DNA from: Candidatus Xenobia bacterium
GTDB lineage: Bacteria; Vulcanimicrobiota; Xenobia; Xenobiales; QWHO01
Assembly: GCA_045863235.1 (NCBI GenBank)
Contig: BTUM01000002.1
Location: 32,001-96,000 of the forward strand
Length of the DNA: 64,000 bases
Direction: 5' to 3'
In this document: piece after piece, positions 11,270 to 20,074 of the stretch
Layout of the letters: the number at the start of each line of letters is the position of its first letter
Position numbering within the stretch: position 1 is the first letter of the stretch
Notes under the pieces: generated by a model
Told to the model about the DNA's origin: nothing
What the model saw: only the letters and a program-made list of their open reading frames with translations
The model's database searches: none
Program-made: the position numbers and the translations under genes

Positions 11270-12598
11270 ATGCGCCGCCTCATCCTGCTTCTGTTTCTCC
11301 TCCCGTGGCTGCTGGCCGATGCCCAGCGGAGCCCGTTTGTCATCGCCCCTTACCTGCAGTTGGGCGACTCGCAGTCGGGCCAGAGCCTGGAAATCTGGTG
11401 GGGGGCCAAACCTGGCAGTCCCTTTGAAGTACGCTACCAGGTGGCCGGTCAGAGCCGGATCGCCACTCCCGAGGCGCAGGCTCTGAAGGGCTACCACCTC
11501 TACCATGCCCGTCTCGAGGGCCTCTCCGGCGAGGTCGACTACCAGGTCGTCCAGGACGGCAAGTCGCTCTTTTCGGCCCGCGCTCGAGCGCCCAGGCCCC
11601 CGGGCAGCACGGCTCGCTTCGTGGTGGTGGGAGACACCGCCTGCGGCACTTCCTGGGAGAAGGAGGTGGCCTACCAGATGCATCGCCAGAACCCCGACTG
11701 CGGGGTGATCCTGGGTGACATCGTCTACGAGTCGGGACGTCAGAGCGAGTATCTGGAGCACTTTTTTCCCATCTACAACGCCCCTTCGGCCGACCCCGCC
11801 CGGGGCGCCCCGCTGCTACGCTCCACGCTCTTCCTGGCCGTGCCGGGCAATCACGACCTGCGGACCCCCCGCCAGGATCGGCCCTACACCGATGGTTACG
11901 CATATTTTCTGTTCTGGTCGCTGCCCCTGAACGGGCCCTCGACCGGTTGGCCGGTCTTTCAGCCAGCCAGCGGTCGCTCGGCCTTCCAGGAGCTGGCCGG
12001 CAGACGCTATCCCCGCATGGCCAGCTACTCGGTGAATTATGGAGATGTGCACTGGACCATGCTCGACTCCAACCCTCAAGTCGACTGGACTCGACCGGAG
12101 CTGCGCAAATGGCTGGCTCAAGACCTGCAAGCCGCTTCCGGGGCTGCCTGGCGCATCGTGGCCCTGCACCATTCCCCCTTCTCCTCGGGGCACCATCATT
12201 TCCACGAGCAACACGCGCGAGTGCTGGCCGACGTGTTCGAGAAAGGCAGGGTGGACGTGGTCATGAGCGGCCACATGCACAACTACCAGCGCACCCGACC
12301 CCTGCGTTTCAGCGGGGCACGCCGCCAGGGGGATGGCACCGTGAGCGGCAACTTCAACCTCGACCGGGCCTTTGACGGCCACAAGGTCACACGAGCGCAG
12401 GGGGTCGTCTACGTGATCAGCGGGGGCGGCGGAGCCTACCTGCACGACACCGGCCGCGTCCATCTCGAGCCCTACACGGCGCGCATGGAGTCGAACCAGC
12501 ACTCGTTCACCGTGCTCGAAGCCAACCCCAGGCGCCTGAGCTTCAGACAGATCGCCAACTCGGGCCAGGAGATCGACCGCTTCGTGGTGGATCGCTGA
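11270..12598 (+). CDS. Secreted metallophosphoesterase (purple acid phosphatase-like)
   Basis: Signal peptide; GD, GDIVY, GNHD, HH and GHMH motifs; AGGAG RBS. Confidence 0.85.
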   Translation: MRRLILLLFLLPWLLADAQRSPFVIAPYLQLGDSQSGQSLEIWWGAKPGSPFEVRYQVAGQSRIATPEAQALKGYHLYHARLEGLSGEVDYQVVQDGKSLFSARARAPRPPGSTARFVVVGDTACGTSWEKEVAYQMHRQNPDCGVILGDIVYESGRQSEYLEHFFPIYNAPSADPARGAPLLRSTLFLAVPGNHDLRTPRQDRPYTDGYAYFLFWSLPLNGPSTGWPVFQPASGRSAFQELAGRRYPRMASYSVNYGDVHWTMLDSNPQVDWTRPELRKWLAQDLQAASGAAWRIVALHHSPFSSGHHHFHEQHARVLADVFEKGRVDVVMSGHMHNYQRTRPLRFSGARRQGDGTVSGNFNLDRAFDGHKVTRAQGVVYVISGGGGAYLHDTGRVHLEPYTARMESNQHSFTVLEANPRRLSFRQIANSGQEIDRFVVDR

Positions 12599-12634
12599 AG
12601 GCATTTTCGCCCACTTCGTCCAACCTTTCTCAGT

Positions 12635-13222
12635 ATGGCGCCGGACGAGCCCGACCTGCTCGACTACCTGCTGGAAGCCGAGCAATCTGCAGTCGATCCG
12701 CCCACCTCGGAGGCTCCCGGGTGGGGCACTGCGGAAGCTTACCTCGAGCAACTGGGCGCGCCACCGGCCAGTGACGACGTGCCGGTCGGGACGGCCCACT
12801 ATTCCGTCATGCAAGAATTCTGCGAGCAGATGCACTTTGAGGCGCCCGCTGCAGCCATTTCCCAGGGCCCTCCGCCGGCCGGGTACACCAATACCGACGA
12901 ATTGCTCGACCGCCTGGCCGCCCCCCCCAGCGAGCGCCGGAGGGAGCAGCGCGTTGACCGCCTGATCCCTGCCGATCTGGTCGAGCCAGAGCGCACGCGC
13001 GTGGTCGTCATCGACATGTCCCCGGGAGGGATGCGTCTGGGCTGCGTCGAGGCGTTGGCTCGAGGCACGCGGGTGGCCATCTTCGTCGGCGGAATGCGCC
13101 TGGAAGGCCAGGTTCGGCGCTGCGTTCGGCATCTTTCCGGCAATTATGAAGTCGGCATTCAGCTGGAGGCGCTCGGAAGCGACGAGGCAGAGCGTTACCG
13201 TCGCATGCGCGGGGCTTCCTGA
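12635..13222 (+). CDS. PilZ domain protein (c-di-GMP receptor)
   Basis: ERRREQR (RxxxR) and DMSPGG (DxSxxG) motifs; acidic Pro-rich N-terminus. Confidence 0.8.
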   Translation: MAPDEPDLLDYLLEAEQSAVDPPTSEAPGWGTAEAYLEQLGAPPASDDVPVGTAHYSVMQEFCEQMHFEAPAAAISQGPPPAGYTNTDELLDRLAAPPSERRREQRVDRLIPADLVEPERTRVVVIDMSPGGMRLGCVEALARGTRVAIFVGGMRLEGQVRRCVRHLSGNYEVGIQLEALGSDEAERYRRMRGAS

Positions 13223-14322
13223 GGGTCCTCCATTGCCTCGGTCAGCGACTCGGGCGTACGGGCTCGGGGGTTTACCTGGAGGCTCTGCACGCTGAAGGTC
13301 AGTCGGTCGGCCTGGCCCAGGCCGTGCTGGCCGTCGATTCGACCGCCGACTATCCGGTCGAACTGCCCTTCGGCCAGGTCGGAATGAGCGACGTGATGCC
13401 TTATCCCTCTCGCACCTGGAGCAGTCTCAGCCAGGATGAGCTGGAGCTCTATGCTTCGATCTTCAACGATCGCCTGGCCCAGGCGGTAAACCTTTTTCAG
13501 CCCGATGTGCTGCACTGCCACCACCTCTGGTTGATGACCGCCCTGGCCCGACAGCAGTTCCCTGATCTTCGAGTGGTAGCTTCCTGTCACGGGACCGATC
13601 TTCGCCAACTGGCACTGGCCCCCCAGGTCGCCCCGAGAGTTCTCCCCTGGTTGAAAAAACTCGATGCCGCCTTCGCCCTTCACGCTCCCCAGGCCGAAGA
13701 GCTGATCCAGCGGCTGAGCCTTTCTCCCCAACGGGTTCACGTGGTGGGCTCGGGATTTGCCCAGGAGCGTTTTCAGCCTCCCACCGAGCGCTTGCCTGGA
13801 CCGCCCCGCGTACTGTACGTAGGCAAACTCAGTCGCGCCAAGGGTGTGCCCTGGCTGCTGGAGGCCGTGGATGGCCTGAGCATCGACCTGACCCTGGTGG
13901 GAGGGGGCGATGGTCCTGAGGCAGACGAGATTCGAGCTCGAGCCGGCTCGAGGGCCGCCGGCGTGCTGAGCGTCGAGAATCTGGTGCAGGCCTTTCAACG
14001 GGCCGACGTCTTCGTGCTGCCGAGCTTCTCCGAGGGGTTGCCGCTTGTGCTTCTGGAGGCTCTGGCCTGCGGCTGCCGAGCGGTGATCAGCGACCTGCCC
14101 GGCCTGCCCGAGTTCGCACCGGAATGGGTGAGACTGGTCCCCCTTCCTCGCCTGATCGGGCCGGATAACCCGGTCGATGCCGACCTGCCCGAGTTTGTGG
14201 CCAACCTGCGAGCGGCCATCGAGGCCCAGTGCGCCCGGCCGCGCTCACTCGAGCGTGCCCCGGGAGTGGCGGCCTGGAGCTGGAGCGCCGTCTTCCACTC
14301 GATACTCCGCCATTACAGCTAA
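13219..14322 (+). CDS. Glycosyltransferase family 4 (GT-B)
   Basis: LRVLHCLGQR...TGSGVYL N-terminus in frame; HCHHLW, HGTD, YVGKLS..KG, EGLPLVLLEALACG; start inferred at CTG 13219. Confidence 0.85.
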   Translation: MRVLHCLGQRLGRTGSGVYLEALHAEGQSVGLAQAVLAVDSTADYPVELPFGQVGMSDVMPYPSRTWSSLSQDELELYASIFNDRLAQAVNLFQPDVLHCHHLWLMTALARQQFPDLRVVASCHGTDLRQLALAPQVAPRVLPWLKKLDAAFALHAPQAEELIQRLSLSPQRVHVVGSGFAQERFQPPTERLPGPPRVLYVGKLSRAKGVPWLLEAVDGLSIDLTLVGGGDGPEADEIRARAGSRAAGVLSVENLVQAFQRADVFVLPSFSEGLPLVLLEALACGCRAVISDLPGLPEFAPEWVRLVPLPRLIGPDNPVDADLPEFVANLRAAIEAQCARPRSLERAPGVAAWSWSAVFHSILRHYS

Positions 14323-14427
14323 GGCGTCGCGCGTTGAACACTTCAGGAATTCGCGCGGCGCCGTTCAACAGATTGTCTACACTCCCGCGCGTTCCAATTC
14401 TGAAAAGGTCAACGCGCGGGAGTGTAG
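14323..14427. repeat. Pair of inverted REP-like hairpins between convergent genes
   Basis: Hairpin 14323-14362 (11-bp stem, one mismatch) and hairpin 14377-14427 (17-bp perfect stem) with similar loops in opposite orientation. Confidence 0.65.
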
Positions 14428-14460
14428 GAAGCTAAACCCTCGACAACCACAGGTCTTGCT

Positions 14461-15786
14461 TCATTTCTCCACCACGACAGCTTCCTCGACGGTCTCGCCG
14501 GTAAAAAGCGTCTCATCCCCTCCGGTCCGCCGGTCGAGCATGTAGCTGGACTGATTCTGGCGCTTGATGTGATCGCGAATCTCGCTGAGGATGCTCTCGA
14601 CCTGCGCCAGGTGGACGATGGGCCTCTTGAGGTTGGTACTGACAGCTACCAGAGCCTGCATCATGGGAAAACTCTCCACCACTCCCATTCGATTGCGCAA
14701 CTTGATGGCCCCTTCGGCGCGCTCCTGGGGGCTGTAGAGGGTCAGGATCTCGAGCTCGAAACGGCGCAAGAACTCGCTACAGATGAGCTCGATATTCGCC
14801 GGGGCGGCCAGGAAAAGGAAGCGATCCGCCCCGACGTGAGTGAGCAGGTGCGAGTCGGGGCTATGCTCTCGTAGGACCTCCTGAAGAATGGTAGCCATCT
14901 TCAACAGGACCTCGTCCCCTTTGCGCAAGCCATAGCGGCGATTGAAAGAACGAAAGTAGCTCAGGTCAACCAGTGCAGCCGCAAAGGGGAGACGCTGATC
15001 AATCCTCTCTGAGAGGGCCGCCCGAAAGACTGCCGCGCCAGGGAGATTGGTAAGCGAGGACTCTGTGTCGGGCGTCCCCATAATCGTTGTCTGACGCTGG
15101 TTGCGTTCCAACTGCACCACCGCCGCTTCCAGTACAGCAAGCTCGCGGATCTCCGTGTGAGGCCCGGCCACGTTCCTTCCGTCCAGGGTGTCGCTGGCGA
15201 AACGGGCCAGAGCTCGCACCGGGCTCGAAGACCAGTTGGAAATCACAAGAACCCCGATCAGAGCGAATCCGGCCAATCCCAGCACGGCAGCCCATACGGT
15301 GGAGCGAGCTCTGGCCAGTGGCTCATTCCAGTTCGGGAGGCAGAGGACCAGCGTGATGGGCGAGTCTGCCTGGCCGGCGAAAAAGAGGAGTCGAGAAGGA
15401 CCGATGGACTCAACACGGGCCCCGGTCGCCTGATTGGTAACTCCCCAGCGAAGCAACTCCTGGCGATCCGCCTCGATCACCCCCGGATAGCTCTGGGCGA
15501 CCCATTTGGGGTGGAACGACTTGTTCTCGGCCAGATTGCCTATCCAGGCATACGCCCCGACGCGGGATTGAAAGGAGGTCACCTCCAGCTCGCATTCTTG
15601 AAACGTGCGGCCCTTGATTTGCACCAGGAGGTCGCTGGCCTCGATCCGGAGAGCTTCGCCGTACTGGAGCTGCATCGAGGTCTGCAATCTGTTCAGGACA
15701 TAGACGGTGGACCAGGCAGCCAGGCCGAGAATGGTCCATACAAGCAGCAGCGTGGGGACGAGCAGTCGGCTACGGAAGCTTCGCAT
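14461..15786 (-). CDS. Membrane sensor with HAMP-like linker and degenerate GGDEF domain
   Basis: Two TM helices flanking a periplasmic region; DLSYFRSFNRRYG..KGD; HVGADRF replaces GGDEF. Confidence 0.75.
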   Translation of the reverse strand: MRSFRSRLLVPTLLLVWTILGLAAWSTVYVLNRLQTSMQLQYGEALRIEASDLLVQIKGRTFQECELEVTSFQSRVGAYAWIGNLAENKSFHPKWVAQSYPGVIEADRQELLRWGVTNQATGARVESIGPSRLLFFAGQADSPITLVLCLPNWNEPLARARSTVWAAVLGLAGFALIGVLVISNWSSSPVRALARFASDTLDGRNVAGPHTEIRELAVLEAAVVQLERNQRQTTIMGTPDTESSLTNLPGAAVFRAALSERIDQRLPFAAALVDLSYFRSFNRRYGLRKGDEVLLKMATILQEVLREHSPDSHLLTHVGADRFLFLAAPANIELICSEFLRRFELEILTLYSPQERAEGAIKLRNRMGVVESFPMMQALVAVSTNLKRPIVHLAQVESILSEIRDHIKRQNQSSYMLDRRTGGDETLFTGETVEEAVVVEK

Positions 15787-15898
15787 TGCGGCACATTTCG
15801 ACGGATGCGGCCGGTTTCATTTTCCGACTCCTGCCGTGGAAACCTCATTGAACGGCTCTAAGCGAAATGATTGCATCGATTCGAATCCCACACCTGTA

Positions 15899-16843
15899 TC
15901 AGGGAACGGTAGCGTAGACCTCATCCTCGTCGTCTGGCTTGCTGTTGGTGAAGATGTCCACCAGTTGGATGGTCTGGGCCACTCCCCCGATGGCCAGGCC
16001 AAGCAGGCTGCCGTCCGAGAAGACATAGGACTTGCCGAATTCCGACAGCAGGCCTGCCGGCAGGGCGCCCAGGCAGCCGGCCAGAGCCGGCGACAGAGGT
16101 TTCTTCACGATTCCCGCCCGGCGGGCTCCGCTCTCCATGGCCCCACCCAGGTCGTGGCTGACGTTGCGGATCAACTGGCCAAAGCGCGGGCCCACCACCG
16201 GCCCCACCGCGCCGCCCAGGGCGCTGGAGGCGACCATGAGGGCGGGAGGGACCGGGCTGGCGCCCAGCGCACCGAAAACGACCGCCAGGCCCGCGCCCAG
16301 GCCGGCGCCCAGAGCGGCCCGGGCGGCCGGGTGGAGGTCGGCTCCGTAGCGGGATGCCAGGGCGCTGGCCACGCCCCCGGTTGCCTTGGAGGCCCCTGGC
16401 AGAAAGAGGCCCGAGGCCACTGCGCCCATGTCACTCGCATCGCGCACTGAGGCGGTAGCCGCGCCGCCCAGCGTGGCAAAGCAGCCCAGCAAGCCTCCGG
16501 CCACGGTGCGCGAGACCAGTTCGGGCTGGCTGGTCAGATAGGCTACTCCAGCCCCGAGAGCCGCTCCCACCGCGATTCCCGCGGCCATGCCGGCCACCGC
16601 GTTGCCGGTCCGGCGCTCGGTCCAGATGCCTACCGTGCTGGCCAGGCTGGCGCTCAGGGCCCCCGACAGGCCGCCCATGGCCAGACCCTCGACAGCGCCG
16701 CCGATGGCTGCCTGGACATAGGAGGCTTCGGGCAGGTCGCCATGGGTGTGGGCGGCAGGACGCGACTTCTGGTCGAGCCACTGCCAGGCTCCGGTCGGAG
16801 GCCCTAACGGACGGGAAGGCAACTGCACGCTATCCATCCTCAT
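15899..16843 (-). CDS. Hypothetical Gly/Ala-rich (glycine-zipper-like) membrane protein
   Basis: Repeated GxxxG hydrophobic segments; no Sec signal. Confidence 0.65.
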   Translation of the reverse strand: MRMDSVQLPSRPLGPPTGAWQWLDQKSRPAAHTHGDLPEASYVQAAIGGAVEGLAMGGLSGALSASLASTVGIWTERRTGNAVAGMAAGIAVGAALGAGVAYLTSQPELVSRTVAGGLLGCFATLGGAATASVRDASDMGAVASGLFLPGASKATGGVASALASRYGADLHPAARAALGAGLGAGLAVVFGALGASPVPPALMVASSALGGAVGPVVGPRFGQLIRNVSHDLGGAMESGARRAGIVKKPLSPALAGCLGALPAGLLSEFGKSYVFSDGSLLGLAIGGVAQTIQLVDIFTNSKPDDEDEVYATVP

Positions 16844-16850
16844 CGCATCG

Positions 16851-16875
16851 AGGATAGCCTGAAAGAAGCCTGAAA
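16851..16875 (-). promoter_or_regulatory. TTTCAGG-N4-TTTCAGG direct repeat plus TATCCT -10-like hexamer
   Basis: Two perfect TTTCAGG copies 11 bp apart; TATCCT 7 nt before ATG 16843. Confidence 0.5.
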
Positions 16876-16913
16876 GTGGTTAACAGCACTTTAACCGCTC
16901 TCCGAACAAACGG

Positions 16914-16942
16914 TTGACACTCTGCCCGCCTCGGCTTATGAT
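16914..16942 (+). promoter_or_regulatory. Sigma70-type promoter of the rplY-pth operon
   Basis: TTGACA-17 nt-TATGAT. Confidence 0.8.
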
Positions 16943-16976
16943 AACGGCTGATTTTCAGCACGGAGGATGTCCGATC

Positions 16977-17597
16977 ATGGCACAGGTGAAACTCGAGGCG
17001 CGCCACCGCACGGGAACTGGCAAAGGAGTGGCCCGGAAATTGCGCCGCGATGGACGCGTGCCGGCGGTGATCTATGGCCACGGCGAGGCTCCCATTGCGC
17101 TCGATGTGGACGCCAAGAGCGTCGACCACCTGCTGCGCGAGTTCGGCCACAATGCCATCATCGAGCTGACCGTGACCGGCGGCGCTGGCTCGGACACCTG
17201 CATGGTCAAGATGTTCGACCGCGACCTCTACCAGCGCCATCTGGTGCATGTCGACTTCAAGCGCATCTCTCTCAAAGAGAAGATCGAGACCAAGGTGCCG
17301 GTGCACGTGGTGGGCGACGAGAAGATCGAGAAGGAAGGCGGCGTTCTCGAGCTGATGATGCCCGAGGTCGAGATCCGCGCCCTGCCGCTGGAGATCCCCG
17401 AGAGCATCGAGGTGGACGTGAGTGCCCTGGCTCTGGGGGACAACCTGCACGTTTCCGCCCTGAAGCTGCCGGCCGGAGTCGAGTTGGTCAGCGACCCCGA
17501 AGCCGTGCTTCTGCTGGTCCACGTGCCGCGCGCCGTGGCCGAGGCCGAGGCCGCCGAGGGTGAAGCCGCCGCCGCGCCGGCCGCCGCCGCCGAGTAG
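16977..17597 (+). CDS. rplY: 50S ribosomal protein L25 / general stress protein Ctc
   Basis: R..TGKGVARKLRRDGRVPAVIYG, HVDF, IPESIEVDVS.L; GGAGG RBS; followed by pth. Confidence 0.95.
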   Translation: MAQVKLEARHRTGTGKGVARKLRRDGRVPAVIYGHGEAPIALDVDAKSVDHLLREFGHNAIIELTVTGGAGSDTCMVKMFDRDLYQRHLVHVDFKRISLKEKIETKVPVHVVGDEKIEKEGGVLELMMPEVEIRALPLEIPESIEVDVSALALGDNLHVSALKLPAGVELVSDPEAVLLLVHVPRAVAEAEAAEGEAAAAPAAAAE

Positions 17598-17599
17598 TC

Positions 17600-18232
17600 T
17601 TGGCGGAGGAGCTCCTCCACCTCATTGTTGGGCTGGGAAATCCTGGCCAGGAGTATGCCCAGACCCGCCACAACGCCGGCTTTGAAGTGGTCAAAGAGCT
17701 GCTGCGTCGCCATTCGTTCGGCGACAAGAAGGCCAGCAAGCTTGCCCACGCTTACCGTGGTACTATCCGGGGCAAACAGGTCCTCATGCTCAAGCCGCTC
17801 ACCTTCATGAATCTGTCCGGCAATGCCGTGCAGCACTTCGTGAGCTACTTCAAGGTGCCGCTGGAACAGCTGCTGGTCGTTTACGATGATTTTGCCCTGC
17901 CGCTGGGTCGGCTGAGAATGCGGGCCAACGGCTCGGCAGGGGGCCAGAACGGGCTCAAAAGCATCATCGCCTGCCTGGGTACCGAGGCTATCCCGCGCCT
18001 GCGCATCGGCATCGGGCCGGTACCGGACGGCTGGGATCCGGCCGATTTCGTCCTGAGCCGGTTTCGCAAGGACGAGGAGAAGCTCTGGAACGAGACACTC
18101 ACCCGCGCTGCCGACTGCGTGGAGTGCTGGCTCGAGCGGGGGGTGGAGGACACCGCCTCACGCTTCAATGTGTCGACCGTCGCTGAAAAGTCTGAACCGA
18201 AAGGCCCCACCGAATGTCACGAAGTACCCTGA
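17600..18232 (+). CDS. pth: Peptidyl-tRNA hydrolase
   Basis: LIVGLGNPG.EY..TRHNAGF, KP.TFMNLSG, GSAGGQNGLKSI, RLRIGIG. Confidence 0.95.
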   Translation: MAEELLHLIVGLGNPGQEYAQTRHNAGFEVVKELLRRHSFGDKKASKLAHAYRGTIRGKQVLMLKPLTFMNLSGNAVQHFVSYFKVPLEQLLVVYDDFALPLGRLRMRANGSAGGQNGLKSIIACLGTEAIPRLRIGIGPVPDGWDPADFVLSRFRKDEEKLWNETLTRAADCVECWLERGVEDTASRFNVSTVAEKSEPKGPTECHEVP

Positions 18233-20025
18233 CCCTCCTGCTGGTGCTGCTGTGCTCCGCAGCCCAGGCTGATTCGCCCTCGCTGGAGCGCTACTTGAAC
18301 ATCCGCTCGTGTCAGGGCGGCGCCCCCCTGGCAGGCCAGGGAACCGCCTTTCTGACCAACGTGACCGGCGTCAACCAGATCTGGACGGTGAACGCTCCCG
18401 CCTCCTGGGCCACCCAGCTGACCTTCGAGACCGACCGGGTAGCCCGGGTGGAGGCCAGCCCCGACGGCAAATGGCTCCTGTTCGAGCGCGACCAGGGCGG
18501 CGACGAGCATAATCAGCTCTACCTCCTGTCCGCCACCGGGGGCGTGCCGGTCGCCTTGACGGCCAACCGAAAGGCCATCCACACCTTTGGCGACTTCTCG
18601 CCCGATGGCAAGAGCATCGCCTACGTGACCACCGAGCGCAATGGCACTGACTTCGATGCCATCGTGATGGACCTGGCCAGCCGTAGCAAGAAGGTGGTCT
18701 ACAACCAGGGCGGCTCGGCTCAGGTGGCCTGCTTCTCCCCCGACGGGAAGAGCCTGATCGTTTCCAAGGCGCTGTCGAATGTCGATTTCGACCTCTACCG
18801 GGTGGATCTGGCCGATGGCAAGCTGACCCACCTGACTCCGCATCAGGGCCCGGTCTTCTTTGGAGACGTGCAGTGGGGCGCCGACAACACTCTGTACCTG
18901 GCCTGCGACCTCAAGCGCGAGTTCGCCGGCCTGGCTCGGATGGACGCCAGCAAGGGCATCTCCAGCCTGGAGTTTCTCGAGCCCGACCGCCAGGACGTGG
19001 ACGCTCTGGCCCTGGCTCCCGACGGGAAGACCCTGGCCGTGGCCCACAACCGCGAAGGCTATTCGTCTCTGACCGTGGGCGGCCAGAGCGTGGCTCTGGC
19101 AAACGGCGTGGTCGACGGGGGCGGCTTTCAGTTCTCTTCCGACGGCCAGCGCCTGATCTTCACTTTCACCTCCCCCATCGAGCCGGCCAACGTCTACTCC
19201 TATGAGCTCGCCAGCGGTAAGCTGACCAATGTGACCCGCTCCACCCTGGCGGGCGTGGACCCGTCCGGCTTTGTCTCCCCTACCCTGATCAAGTATCCCA
19301 GCTTTGACGGCAAAGAGATTCCAGCTTTCTACTACCAGCCCCCGGGCGTCAGCAAACCGCCGGCGGTCATCAGCGTGCACGGCGGCCCCGAGGCCCAGAC
19401 TCGGGCCCATTTCTCGGGTCTGACCCAATACTTCCTGAGCCGTGGCTACGCCATCCTGGCCCCCAACGTGCGGGGTAGCACCGGCTACGGGCGCACCTAC
19501 ACCCACCTCGACGACGTGCGCCTGCGCATGGACTCTGTCAAAGACCTGGAATACGCCAACCGCTGGCTCTCCGAGAGAGCCGGAAAAATCGCTGTGATGG
19601 GCGGCTCATATGGCGGCTACATGACGCTGGCGGCGGTGACCTACCAGCCCGAGCGCTGGGCCGCCGGAGTGGACATCGTGGGCATCTCCAACTTCATCAG
19701 CTTCCTCAACAACACAGGCAGCTACCGCCGGGCCCTGCGCATCGCCGAATACGGCGATCCGGTCAAGGATGCCGAGTTCCTGCGTGAGGTCTCGCCGTTC
19801 TTCCACGTGGAGAAGATCCGGGCGCCCATGCTGATCATCCAGGGGGCGAACGACCCGCGCGTTCCCCAGTCGGAGTCGGACCAGATGGTGGCCAGCCTCA
19901 AGGCACGCAGCCTCCCGGTGGAGTACCTGCTCTACAAGGACGAGGGCCATGGTCTGGCCAAACTGTCCAATCGCATCGACGCCTACGCGAAGGTGGTCGA
20001 GTTCCTGGACAAGCACCTCAAGTAG
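18214..20025 (+). CDS. S9 family (prolyl oligo/acylaminoacyl) peptidase, secreted
   Basis: Signal peptide, beta-propeller SPDG repeats, VHGGP, GGSYGG nucleophile, NDPRV, DEGHG. Confidence 0.92.
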   Translation: MSRSTLTLLLVLLCSAAQADSPSLERYLNIRSCQGGAPLAGQGTAFLTNVTGVNQIWTVNAPASWATQLTFETDRVARVEASPDGKWLLFERDQGGDEHNQLYLLSATGGVPVALTANRKAIHTFGDFSPDGKSIAYVTTERNGTDFDAIVMDLASRSKKVVYNQGGSAQVACFSPDGKSLIVSKALSNVDFDLYRVDLADGKLTHLTPHQGPVFFGDVQWGADNTLYLACDLKREFAGLARMDASKGISSLEFLEPDRQDVDALALAPDGKTLAVAHNREGYSSLTVGGQSVALANGVVDGGGFQFSSDGQRLIFTFTSPIEPANVYSYELASGKLTNVTRSTLAGVDPSGFVSPTLIKYPSFDGKEIPAFYYQPPGVSKPPAVISVHGGPEAQTRAHFSGLTQYFLSRGYAILAPNVRGSTGYGRTYTHLDDVRLRMDSVKDLEYANRWLSERAGKIAVMGGSYGGYMTLAAVTYQPERWAAGVDIVGISNFISFLNNTGSYRRALRIAEYGDPVKDAEFLREVSPFFHVEKIRAPMLIIQGANDPRVPQSESDQMVASLKARSLPVEYLLYKDEGHGLAKLSNRIDAYAKVVEFLDKHLK

Positions 20026-20074
20026 CCAGCACCACAGTTGACGAACCTGTGCCGGCGGGCCAGGAGAGGATGGG

